A stretch of DNA of 64,000 nucleotides from Promethearchaeota archaeon (lineage in GTDB: Archaea; Asgardarchaeota; Lokiarchaeia; Sigyniarchaeales; SOKP01). Shown piece after piece: positions 50,201-58,563 of the stretch (positions are counted from its first letter, which is position 1; every line of letters starts with the position of its first letter). Made by a program: the position numbers and the translations under genes. The DNA lies in assembly GCA_019894975.1 (NCBI GenBank), contig JAGXNO010000001.1, positions 165,677 through 229,676 of the forward strand. The letters run 5' to 3'. The notes under the pieces were generated by a model. The model was not told where the DNA came from, did not search any database, and saw only the letters and a program-made list of their open reading frames with translations.

Positions 50201-53200
50201 ATTCTCTGTCCTAAAATGGTATAAGAAAAAATTATCGAAATAAAAATACAAATAATTATTTTTAAAATCAACCAAGATCCAAAACCAATTCCATTATTTA
50301 CTTTTGTATAGTGAATTTTTACTAACGAACTGAAATGTCGAATCAGAGGAAGAAAAGTCAAGAAAAACAATCCTAAGTACCATAAAGCATTATAGGAGTT
50401 CAAAGCTGATGGTATAAAATTGAAAACATCGCTAAATTGAATAATTGATGTAGTTAGAAAAGAGAAAGAAATTATTAGGCCATACAATAAAAACTCTTTA
50501 AGAATATTAATGATCTTCAATTGTTTTGAATAATAAATTAGTAATTTTAAGGTAAAGATGTTTAATATGAAAAACACAAAAATCGAAATACTTAATGAAA
50601 TACTATATATATCGTAGGAATAGATTACAAAAGCCATAAATAGAGAAATTGAAAACCATGCAAAAACCTGTAATAGCCTTATGGAATTAACCCATTTTTC
50701 TTTTATGTGGTACCATTTTCCAATGAGATTTAAAAAGGTCAACCCCAGAAATAAAAGTAATAAAGATGCTGCAACAATAATATATATATTAGTTCCAAAT
50801 CCTAATTGTGCCAATTCTAATCCAACTATTGATGGAATTAAAGTAACTAACCCCGAAAGAAATATACTATTTGCCATCAACGATTTCTTCACAATACTCT
50901 CTTTAAAGTATCGCTTTCTATAACAAAATATACTTGGTAAATAAAAGAAAATTGATGCAGCAATTAAGGGAAAAAGAAAACTAAAGAAGGTTCCATACAA
51001 CATGATAAAGGTGTAGTAGTATACCGTTGTTCCAGCTATAATTAATTCAATAAAGATCTGAGATTTTAAAATTCGAGTACTATAAATTTCTTTTAGGTTA
51101 TATTGCTTTATTAAATAGTATGTAAAAGCAAGAATAGCGAAAGCTATATATAAAGTAAAATTTAATGTTGTCATTATGTCAATGGGAATACCCCTATGAA
51201 CAAACTCCAAATTAACAATTGTAGGGATAAGAGTTATGAAAATAGCTATGGAGATACAATCTATTAACAAGATCCGGTGGATAAACCTTTCAAAAATATT
51301 CATTTTGAGCATATAATAGATAGGGAAGAATAAAATTGAGAACAAACATAAAGAAGGTATTAATAAAACGTAATAGGTATTTAACGTTAGTAAGAAGGAA
51401 TAATAATATGCAAGACCTGCGCTAAAGGTTAATGTCAGAATATTCAATCTCACTGTTAAAACTTTTGAAAATACTATTTCATTTCTCGATAGCAAATTAA
51501 CTAATATAGTTATTACGAGTAGGGAAACGTACAAAGATAAAAGAATATCAATCAATACTATCGTGAAAAAGAAAAAGAAAGATAATGCAAACAGTTCTCC
51601 TGTCATTACATAGGAATTGATACCGACATATTTTTTAACTGTAGAATCCTTTACTTTATCTAAATTCACCCCAAACTTTAAATTTAGCGGACTAAAGACC
51701 GATAGAAACAAGAAACTTAATGTTAAATAGACAAAATTTGGTACTGAGATTATAAATAATACAATAAATATATCTATAGTTAAAATCCATAACAGATAAT
51801 AACTATAAGCAAAAAAATGTTTACGAGATAACAAGCTTAATAAATAATCAGTGAATCCAAAAAATAAAAACGTGAACGGGAAAAGGAGCAAAGTATAATT
51901 AGCTATGATTAACACGTTTACGTATTGTCCCATTTGGGAGAATTCAAGTCCAATTATGGCTGGTATTAATGATATAAATCCTGCTAATAAAGCAGAATTG
52001 ATCAGTAAAGCTTTTTTAACAGAACTCCCATATATCCTCTTTTTTATTAAGTACATAAATGGGAGATACAATGTTATAAACAAACCTATGAAGGGAAGTA
52101 AAAATATATAAAATGTGCCAATAGAGAGCATATATGGATAGTAAAAAGCTAATCCTGAGCTTAAAAATAAAGAAGCTATATTTATTTTATTTACCATTGA
52201 ACTTGAAAACACAACATCGTTTTTAGATAAGATATTAGCTAGCACAGTCATAATTAAAAACGAGAAGTAAGTAGAGAGGATTATCTTGTCAATTAAAGCA
52301 AATTCAGCTAAAGCAATAGAAAAAAAGAAAAAGAAAAATAAACTTATAAGTTCAATTGTCATAAAGTAGGAATTGGCTTTAACAAATCGTTTAACAGTAG
52401 ATTCTGGCACCCTTTCAATTTTTAGACCATACTTTAGATTTAAATGACTTAGAAATGACAAAATAAGGAAATCTAAGGTAACGATGACGTAATTATTAAG
52501 ATAAACGAGTAATAATGAGAGAAAAATATTCCCGATTAGTGCCCAAAATAAATAATAACTTAATTTCGAGAAGTAAGCTTTCGAAAATACCCCTATAAGA
52601 AAATTAATAAAAACAAAACACAGCAAAATAGATGGAAATAGTAAACTTGAAAACATTAAAATTTCGATGGAGAAAAAGGTTCGAAAATTAATTAAAAGAA
52701 ATATGAAGAGTTCAATCAGAAAAATGTTTATCAGTAAACAGGATCTAAAAAGTGTTGAAGGTTTATGAGAGAAATATCGAAAGAATAGGACATAAAATGT
52801 AATTATAGATACTATTGAAATTAACAACCCATGTATTAGGAGATTTGAGATGAAAATTATTATAGGATCTGCGTTAAATAAGGCAAGTTCAAAAATAGCT
52901 ACATCTTCAAAGGTCGTGTATTCGAAGAATGAATACATTATTATAGTGAAACTTGATATAGCAAGTATATTTTGAATGACAATAACATTTTCTCTTGAGA
53001 AATATTCATTCCTGACAAAAATCTCAAAAACAAAATATAAAGATAACAGAATTATTAAAAATTGAAAATTTAGTGGTACATCTGAGAGGAGTCCAAATGA
53101 TATTGAAATTAGAAAGACAAGAGAATTCAATAAATAAATAAATCTATTATGACTCTTAGGACAGATACCTGCTTTTTGTTCAGAATAAGAAAAAATAAAG

Positions 53201-54273
53201 AGAAATGGTACAACTATGATGATTATTAATGGAATCTCTACTAAAAACGCAAATGTAGTTATAAAAACTATCAAAAATCCTGATAGAAAAGAATTATAAC
53301 GTTGGTATTTAATACTTCCTACATAAGGTTTCTCATCAGCGGTTGTATCCTTGATAGAATCAGTATAAACTTTAATTCTATTTCTGTAATAGATGTTAAT
53401 GTAGAAAATCGATTTCAAATATAATAATAGGAAGATAAGGCTTAAAAAAGAGTTATTTAATAGTTCTAAACTTGTATATTGAACACCTAGAATACTTATA
53501 TTGATTAACGGTAATTGAATTAATAAAATGAACACTAAACTTGTTATTAAGGTTAGGAATTTTTGTTTAAATCTAGTTAAATCAATTAAAATTGTTTGAT
53601 TTAATTTAATTGTTTCTTTGATAGTACTGCATGTTTTATTTGTAGTGGCTAAAGTAATAATATACAGAAGCATATTAGTCAATAGCCCAAAAACCCAAGA
53701 AAGGTTTGTATGAGCAGTAATAGCAAGAAAAATAATTTGGACTATGTAATTTATAAGAATTATAAAATTATAGGGTTGTCTTATTGTTAGCTTAAAATCA
53801 ATTCCGTGTTGAAATTCCTTCTCGGTGACATTGTAAAAAGCGATAGGTTTGTACCTAAAGTAATAGTAGACTATATTATAGAGTAGAGCAAAACTTATTA
53901 GTGGAAGCAGTTCAAATGAATCTGCTGGTGATATTAATATAAAAATTGGAGTAACGATAAAAGACAGAAGAGATATTAAAAAAATAATGTGAATCCTTGC
54001 CATTAGATTGTTTTCTTTATTCAGAAAAAAAGAATTGTCTCTATACTTATCATAAGCTTTTAGGAAAAAAAGAAAGGCAAACATAAATACGATAACTGAA
54101 AGAGATAAAGCGGCATATGTCCCAAGTAGGAATACCCGAAAAATCCAGAAGCTCACAAAACCTATCGCCAAGGGTGATATTACTAAGTAGAAAGAAAACC
54201 ACCACAATTTTTGAAGTAGTTCTGTGGCTTTTGTAATCCTTTCTTCCGAATTTCTGTTGATTTCAGATTTCAT
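44278..54273 (-). CDS. giant multipass membrane protein (3331 aa) with internal duplications
   Basis: A 10-kb uninterrupted ORF made almost entirely of hydrophobic helices with short basic loops; two visible 252-aa tandem duplications. Confidence 0.85.
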   Translation of the reverse strand: MKSEINRNSEERITKATELLQKLWWFSFYLVISPLAIGFVSFWIFRVFLLGTYAALSLSVIVFMFAFLFFLKAYDKYRDNSFFLNKENNLMARIHIIFLISLLSFIVTPIFILISPADSFELLPLISFALLYNIVYYYFRYKPIAFYNVTEKEFQHGIDFKLTIRQPYNFIILINYIVQIIFLAITAHTNLSWVFGLLTNMLLYIITLATTNKTCSTIKETIKLNQTILIDLTRFKQKFLTLITSLVFILLIQLPLINISILGVQYTSLELLNNSFLSLIFLLLYLKSIFYINIYYRNRIKVYTDSIKDTTADEKPYVGSIKYQRYNSFLSGFLIVFITTFAFLVEIPLIIIIVVPFLFIFSYSEQKAGICPKSHNRFIYLLNSLVFLISISFGLLSDVPLNFQFLIILLSLYFVFEIFVRNEYFSRENVIVIQNILAISSFTIIMYSFFEYTTFEDVAIFELALFNADPIIIFISNLLIHGLLISIVSIITFYVLFFRYFSHKPSTLFRSCLLINIFLIELFIFLLINFRTFFSIEILMFSSLLFPSILLCFVFINFLIGVFSKAYFSKLSYYLFWALIGNIFLSLLLVYLNNYVIVTLDFLILSFLSHLNLKYGLKIERVPESTVKRFVKANSYFMTIELISLFFFFFFSIALAEFALIDKIILSTYFSFLIMTVLANILSKNDVVFSSSMVNKINIASLFLSSGLAFYYPYMLSIGTFYIFLLPFIGLFITLYLPFMYLIKKRIYGSSVKKALLINSALLAGFISLIPAIIGLEFSQMGQYVNVLIIANYTLLLFPFTFLFFGFTDYLLSLLSRKHFFAYSYYLLWILTIDIFIVLFIISVPNFVYLTLSFLFLSVFSPLNLKFGVNLDKVKDSTVKKYVGINSYVMTGELFALSFFFFFTIVLIDILLSLYVSLLVITILVNLLSRNEIVFSKVLTVRLNILTLTFSAGLAYYYSFLLTLNTYYVLLIPSLCLFSILFFPIYYMLKMNIFERFIHRILLIDCISIAIFITLIPTIVNLEFVHRGIPIDIMTTLNFTLYIAFAILAFTYYLIKQYNLKEIYSTRILKSQIFIELIIAGTTVYYYTFIMLYGTFFSFLFPLIAASIFFYLPSIFCYRKRYFKESIVKKSLMANSIFLSGLVTLIPSIVGLELAQLGFGTNIYIIVAASLLLLFLGLTFLNLIGKWYHIKEKWVNSIRLLQVFAWFSISLFMAFVIYSYDIYSISLSISIFVFFILNIFTLKLLIYYSKQLKIINILKEFLLYGLIISFSFLTTSIIQFSDVFNFIPSALNSYNALWYLGLFFLTFLPLIRHFSSLVKIHYTKVNNGIGFGSWLILKIIICIFISIIFSYTILGQRISFLLTFSFFTPITLSYLHKLKIFSEKTQHRIKIFMLGLFIISILVLYIDLFNQLIANVVFFNSNLSLKISFIFVNLLLYSYFFLLRFNSVLEEDSTLQIFGFYLTSIILFLSLLYVYMILLIVPIFFTLILLLYRRSLNSIFRFVSYFLLSYVIFIDLLSIFSDVGLLGGLNLTLFGLLVGTYLLTLITVLLFSIWLNYKRNNNLEKVVVYSLFSLLSFVLLNAFTNILLLYNITISLFIFLLFIGIYFYRQNNEFYKWFIRPCVLLLVFDFVSFISYAILFNNPTYINFNPILTFSLTMSLTGFTFILLYNKAPTRFRKMSFYFILFAIIISFPMFLYFLIIASLPALIGDPVPIIIVINVGVFLYYLSVGIYHWRFSWAIWKSGWYVWNILPFVNFWIIYRSLGGVDILTESVELFGIYELKGSSILAIIICSLFFIPVLYTKIKKHFSKIILVVWAESLFLLYWISQNLFSGDSGLRNLSFILFSVVLLMPFLTGLKYWKLASLFWLGLMLINAFFLYFYLNSIGLVFEITVALDILIIGLFLMVYSFFPNIRSIGVVLLISYFIVLSGIFLVIYFVIYSIVLNFAVSINISFMVMGFSLFSSKPLKIMSKLVDQFISWILIINFSWFTFNTFSLLPRLDLVAIFLAITVFGCSFFIFNRYKMKLNINKAIPFLAVAFGASASISSLISILFRLSLYIQISIFSGIFIIFLYFLVIEYRYFLWALIPIPLTLPILGFLVTIDVIRSIWFLAFLSFSTIYLILFQIIINLFKVKITDDSEEIKNSILKIYQDKKQLRLLNLTSMFLNSVFFSLLISILIPLLIDQILFSGITFVYQILDFLIIWPVFILFSLKYMENSEFDLKIKDPLLYFNRISLLIYLLIPLALAINILLFMLFIEVDFIISFFTFLLSISGVVFFEFYIIERKYFYFLFNSIREKFTFWSWTVFCNIFSFFFFIFYPKPFLLIVMISILNQLSLYFLSYLGIPKEKISSGRVILYYTLFISGSFYLGSLISDGLVSIFEELAGITYYTLLFQNSILIIFVLSIFLIKIDIKLKSLIELILFTAFQGLFAMNWIIIFSLFNSLNLFSIILITLIETCFLFKTVKYFNVLFFEVKKPKFLSRTFSSLIILLYFEISVLIYGLMFEIVDVGFIESILVSQLSFFVLTLLDIYSIKKIQKGYAQLIHTISYLLISVSIFLILNSYVTQFNIILSLELLLLIFMQFYTNYSFFNSIKQLNPEKEESIIKGRSYIKHFLGIGFYTDLLFVLFQVLLLFNADLQLILLGLSVLTYILMIIDTYIMKFLGKSVSYLKLLSWLCIGIFTASYLIWYFNVLNLINFFTLNLLILIETCLTFQLVKYIKSIFFEDNHPNFVPRVFSFLIVLLYFEVSLLIYGLMFDFVGAGILESILVSQILFFTLTLLDIYSLKRIKKNFALLIHTLSFFVISLLIVFILNSFISQYPILLSLEALIFIIMQFYTTYSFFASLRHFKPEKLDRNKKLYSNFNHVLGTCLYIDLCLILVQALILVGTEPQLILLSLSLMIHGITIIDILLIKFLGKVANYFKVISWIFIMIFTTTYLIWLYVDFFIEFLLTSIPLIIFILILEMTYLFKLLDFWKYISLHKRKIRSSLLLISYFDFISWPIYFVRLDPILTLNLFTLSLIIMIFFSYIDKYFGVLKEKALKTVRITSFLTLGLLLSINVFILLSHTPNTTFSLNLSVSLLIFVVFLGIVVKPFKGHSLKAFAFWASIFSLLSVIISELSQFWQILLVLVPLTLLIYPFVFLLEELRKVFNKFVDKLIMFLRKIELLIINAFKALFKFVKTHFKIIWFLFSASVAIFLGILLSELFLSLLLGVLHPTLLTIAIFAFLILVVPSSKTSDPDVLFKRRMLRLSYGWGSVIAFLFIYITPVWYIFTIFISIAVAGSIVLIFIGRKEEREKISVKWRFYTLLSLFIFLIIFGILFFIQLLTINI

Positions 54274-54476
54274 AGTTCTGACTATTCACCATTGGAGTTG
54301 ATTTCTTGGATATAACAACAATATTACTTTATAAATTTTTATAAAAACCATTTACTAATGTGTTCCAACAACTTATAAATTTTTATTAAATTTTAACAGA
54401 ATATTCATAAAAATATAAAAAACCTTACATTTTATTGATTTAAATTGCTCATCTTGGACTACCATAACTAACACCT

Positions 54477-54755
54477 TTATTCCCAAATATAAATTCTGCG
54501 TTTACCCTTTATAAAGATGTGCTCAGGCCTAACCACTAAACTCGTAATATTACTACTAAACGATGTAAATTTACCCCTAATATTTAATCCGAGTTTCGGT
54601 ATATAAAACGAGTCCTACTAAATATGTCTTAAATCGGATGCATCAAATTCAAAAGGGTTATTGAAAGAGGGGTATCCCCCCTTATCCATACTGAAAAGTA
54701 ATATAGGCTCCTCTTTAACTAAATCTGGAGGTTCTACTGCTCTTAACAATTCTTC
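54477..54755 (-). pseudogene. possible decayed coding fragments
   Basis: EELLRAVEPPDLVKEEPILLFSMDKGGYPSFNNPF..** followed in the same frame by ...SLVVRPEHIFIK...*; no convincing start or RBS. Confidence 0.3.
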
Positions 54756-54756
54756 C

Positions 54757-56082
54757 TTACTTAAACTGTGGCAAAAAATCTTTTTGTTTTTCACTCATCT
54801 CTTTAAAAATTCTTTCTGCCATGTCAAAACTGCCAACATTAGGATCTATCGCAAGACAGGCAATAGCCAGATCTTTAGATTTATTCAATACAGCCTCAAC
54901 ACAGAGATCTTGTATCGTAGCTTCAATGCGAAGTACTGCTGCGATATTCTTTGGTAAAGCGCCTATTTTAGCCCCATGAACTCCCTCTTTATTGACGGTT
55001 GCTGAACATTCAAGAATTAAGTCTTGAGGAAGATTTTCGATAATGTTATCATTTGATATATTTACAGCAAATTCATAAGAATTTCTATCAGTAATAATTG
55101 CTTCAATAATTGGAATTGCTCTCTCTCCAGAACGTCTCCCAAATAACAGAGTTTTCTTGGAATATCTACTTTTTTTAAATAACTTATAAAAATGTTGAAA
55201 TCTTGCATATACAAACTGTCCTGTCTGATCATTGCGGTCTATCCAATCTATCATATCTTGAGTTTCTGTAAATTCTGAGCCGATTTGCAGGAATTCCCCT
55301 AGGTGGTTATCACCAACATAAGGGAAATATCCAAATCTCTTAAAAAATTCAAGGGTAAGTTTAGAAAACCGGAACCTATCCTGATGGTCATTAAAATAGT
55401 TCAATGCTTTTTTATTAAATTTTGACATTAAATCCTTCCCTGTTGATAAATCCTCAAGACCTAAAAGAAATCCAAAATGGTTGAGGCCTCCTACTTTCAT
55501 CCGTAGATTTTTTATTGATGTGTTGAACATTCTAGGTAAATAATGTACCATAAAAGCAATTTGATGGCATAACCCAATGAATTTTAAATTCTTAACACTT
55601 CTTTTTATTGCCAAACATACTCTAGATAAAGGATTAGAAAAATTGATAAAAAAAGCATTAGGACAAATTCTTTCTGCATCTTTAACGATATCTACTATGG
55701 GAGGTATTATCCGCCAAGCATGAAGAGAACCTCCTGGACCTCCACACTCACCTAAAATCTGAGGTGAACCGTGTTTTCTTGGTATTTCATAATCTTGTCT
55801 CCATAGTGTATATCGTTCACCTACTTCTATCGAATTTATTATGAAATCCGCATCTTTAAAAGCCGATGACCTGTCAGTCGTTCGTTCAAGGTTGATTTTA
55901 TTATGTAATCGTTCATTTTCAACCATTAGCAGATCATAGATCATTTCTAATTTCTCTTTGTTAATGTCATGAAGGACCACTGTAGAACCTTCCAGAACAT
56001 CACTAAGAAAAATGTCGTTCATACTTGCTGTTCCAAATGAAGTCGAACCCGCACCTACTAGCACAATCTTGTTTGAGCTCAT
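54757..56082 (-). CDS. glycoside hydrolase family 4 (NAD-dependent alpha-glucosidase/alpha-galactosidase)
   Basis: KIVLVGAGS, GECGGPGG, NFSNP, IGLCH, GLNHF. Confidence 0.93.
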   Translation of the reverse strand: MSSNKIVLVGAGSTSFGTASMNDIFLSDVLEGSTVVLHDINKEKLEMIYDLLMVENERLHNKINLERTTDRSSAFKDADFIINSIEVGERYTLWRQDYEIPRKHGSPQILGECGGPGGSLHAWRIIPPIVDIVKDAERICPNAFFINFSNPLSRVCLAIKRSVKNLKFIGLCHQIAFMVHYLPRMFNTSIKNLRMKVGGLNHFGFLLGLEDLSTGKDLMSKFNKKALNYFNDHQDRFRFSKLTLEFFKRFGYFPYVGDNHLGEFLQIGSEFTETQDMIDWIDRNDQTGQFVYARFQHFYKLFKKSRYSKKTLLFGRRSGERAIPIIEAIITDRNSYEFAVNISNDNIIENLPQDLILECSATVNKEGVHGAKIGALPKNIAAVLRIEATIQDLCVEAVLNKSKDLAIACLAIDPNVGSFDMAERIFKEMSEKQKDFLPQFK

Positions 56083-56475
56083 TTTTAATTATCATTTAAG
56101 AAGAATCTAAGCCAGTTTAAAAAAATTTTTATTAGTTATTTTATTCAAGTCCCCTCTTATTTCATTGTCATTTTCGCATAGAATTCAATGACAAATGGGA
56201 AATTGATGGGTAAAGTTTAAATAGGACATTAAACATCTTTTTAATAATGAGTTTTTCACATAATACTACGAATTATGGTTGTGGCTTTACATTATCAGTA
56301 AAGCCGGTATTTATCCGTAGTATTATTAAAAGAGAATAAATCTTCTTTACCTTTTTCTTATAATTTTTACTGATTTGTTCTCTTTTAAAACTACATCTCA
56401 TAAATATTATTAGAAATTGGCCAGGGTAAGATATTATTTTCCAGTGAAGGACTAAATTAAAAATGGAGGTGGAAA

Positions 56476-56658
56476 ATGCTGGAAAAAGAATCAGATAAGA
56501 TCGATCTAATATTGGATTATTATAAAGATTGGGATTCGGAAAATACTCCCCCTATGATGATGCTCGAAGGATTGGATGGATTTGCTGAAACTCTTCAAGC
56601 AGAAGAAGAAAAAAAACTAGGATATATCCGGAAAAAATATACTAAATCTTCTAGATAG
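56476..56658 (+). CDS. small hypothetical protein (60 aa)
   Basis: Strong GGAGGTGG RBS immediately upstream; T-rich tract downstream. Confidence 0.6.
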   Translation: MLEKESDKIDLILDYYKDWDSENTPPMMMLEGLDGFAETLQAEEEKKLGYIRKKYTKSSR

Positions 56659-56703
56659 GAATTTTTTTAAGAGAAATATGATATAGTCTTTTTTTATCAA
56701 TTC

Positions 56704-57897
56704 TCAAATTAATAATTTATTTATTCTTTCTAATGCTTCTTTTATTCTTTCTACAGGTTGTGTTAAAGCAAATCGTACAAAACCTTCTCCGTATTTACCA
56801 AAACCCGTACCTGGTGTAATTATTACTCCGATCTCTATCAGTTTTTTAACAAATTCCATACATGTCAAATCACCAAATTTTTCAGGTATTTTAGTCCAGA
56901 TATAAAATGTTGCTTTAGGCAAGTCAGTTTTCCATCCTATTTCATTCAAACCTTCAACCAGAACATTTCTGCGTTTTTCATATATTTTAATACTCTTCAC
57001 TATAATATCAGGCTTTTTTTCAGATTGATAGAGCCTTAGTCCTTTAGCAACTGCTTTTTGAATGAAAATAGGTCCCCCAGAGTCGATTTGGGATTTAACC
57101 TTTCTTAATCCTTTGATCACTTCAGCATTTCCTGCAACCCACCCACATCGAAATCCCGTCATATTAAACATTTTTGAAGCACTATTGATTTCTACATGAT
57201 TATTATTTATTTGTAATATACTTGGTGCAATATAATCTTCAAAAGTGAATTCAGAATAAGGATTATCATAAATTATTATAAAATTATAATCTTCAGCATA
57301 ATCAGACACTTCTTTTAAAAACTCCATGGATGCAATTGCTCCAGTAGGGTTATTTGGGTAGTTTAAGTACATTAACTTAGCTTTTTTAAGATATTTTTTA
57401 TCAATTTCTCCCAAATCTGGAAGAAAACCATTTTCCTTTTTGAGAGGCATTAAATATGGCATTCCATCACATAATTTTGTAGCACCATTTGCATATACAG
57501 GATATCCCGGATTAGGACATAATACAACATCTCCAGGATTCACAAAAACCCGTGCTATATTTGCAACCCCTTCTTTACCCCCCATCACATGTGAAACTTC
57601 AGTTTCAGGATTTAAATCTACTCCATATCTTTTTTTATTCCAATTAGCAACAGCTTCTCTAAAAAATTCTTCTCCCATACTAGAGGGATAGTTTTGATTA
57701 TTAGGGACTTGAGCCTGTTCATTCATTTCTCTAACAATTAATTCAGGAGTAGGTAAGTCAGGATCTCCTATTCCTAGAGGGATAAAATCAATCCCTTTTT
57801 TCCTCCCTTCCGCAATTAATTGCTCTATCTCAACAAAGATATAGATTGGTAATTGTTTTACCCTTTCAGCATATTCGAGATTAATTTCCAACACCAT
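56704..57897 (-). CDS. PLP-dependent class I/II aminotransferase, LL-diaminopimelate aminotransferase-like
   Basis: LGIGDPDLPTP, GGKEG, YLNYPNNPTG, DNPYSE, SASKMFNMTGFRCG, TPGTGFG. Likely start MVLEIN at 57897. Confidence 0.85.
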   Translation of the reverse strand: MVLEINLEYAERVKQLPIYIFVEIEQLIAEGRKKGIDFIPLGIGDPDLPTPELIVREMNEQAQVPNNQNYPSSMGEEFFREAVANWNKKRYGVDLNPETEVSHVMGGKEGVANIARVFVNPGDVVLCPNPGYPVYANGATKLCDGMPYLMPLKKENGFLPDLGEIDKKYLKKAKLMYLNYPNNPTGAIASMEFLKEVSDYAEDYNFIIIYDNPYSEFTFEDYIAPSILQINNNHVEINSASKMFNMTGFRCGWVAGNAEVIKGLRKVKSQIDSGGPIFIQKAVAKGLRLYQSEKKPDIIVKSIKIYEKRRNVLVEGLNEIGWKTDLPKATFYIWTKIPEKFGDLTCMEFVKKLIEIGVIITPGTGFGKYGEGFVRFALTQPVERIKEALERINKLLI

Positions 57898-58210
57898 TTC
57901 TTTAAAATATGAAGAAATAAACACTTTTAAAAAATTTAAAATTTTGCTGTTTTATTGGTATAAATATATAACTTAAAAGAAGAAAAGATTAGGATTAGTT
58001 TTCTAAATTTATTTCATACTCATTAGGATCCATCAATTTAAAGGGAATAAAATCAACAGTTATTAAAATCCCCATGATGAGAAAAACCTAATGGTCTTTA
58101 GCTAAGATTTAAAATTAAGGTTAAAAACTATTATTATTTTCCTAATTAATAACAGTGCTGGTTGACCAGCAAAATCGAAAAACTTCTCTTTACCAACCTA
58201 AAGAAAAAAG

Positions 58211-58381
58211 TTATATTAAGAAATTTTCATGTAGTTGAAGCTCTTCTCTATAAGATTTAATTTTTCTTTGTATTTTTTCTAATGGAAAGTGTTTATCCTG
58301 ATCCCTTAATTTCTGTAGAATTAATTCTAAAAATTTTACAGAATTTTGCAGGACAATTATTCTTTCTTGAATTATACTCAT
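58211..58381 (-). CDS. small helical hypothetical protein
   Basis: MSIIQERII... amphipathic 56-aa ORF. Confidence 0.35.
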   Translation of the reverse strand: MSIIQERIIVLQNSVKFLELILQKLRDQDKHFPLEKIQRKIKSYREELQLHENFLI

Positions 58382-58563
58382 CTTAAAATTGACTCTCAAA
58401 TCCTTATTCTTATTAAATTCAATAAGTTAGATTTTCCATATATTTCAATAGAGTCACAAAATTTTGTGAGTTGCATTATAGAAGTAGTTTGATGAATTCT
58501 ACTCGAAATTTAATTAAATCATCAAGGTTTTTATCAATTATTAATTGTCATAGCTGGAAAAAA

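Noticed and set aside
56439-56450. TTCCAGTGAAGG as an origin recognition box
   Set aside because: Single partial match, no G-string and no cdc6/orc1 nearby.
58074-58080. ATGATGA as a C box of a C/D sRNA
   Set aside because: No CTGA D box at a suitable distance downstream.
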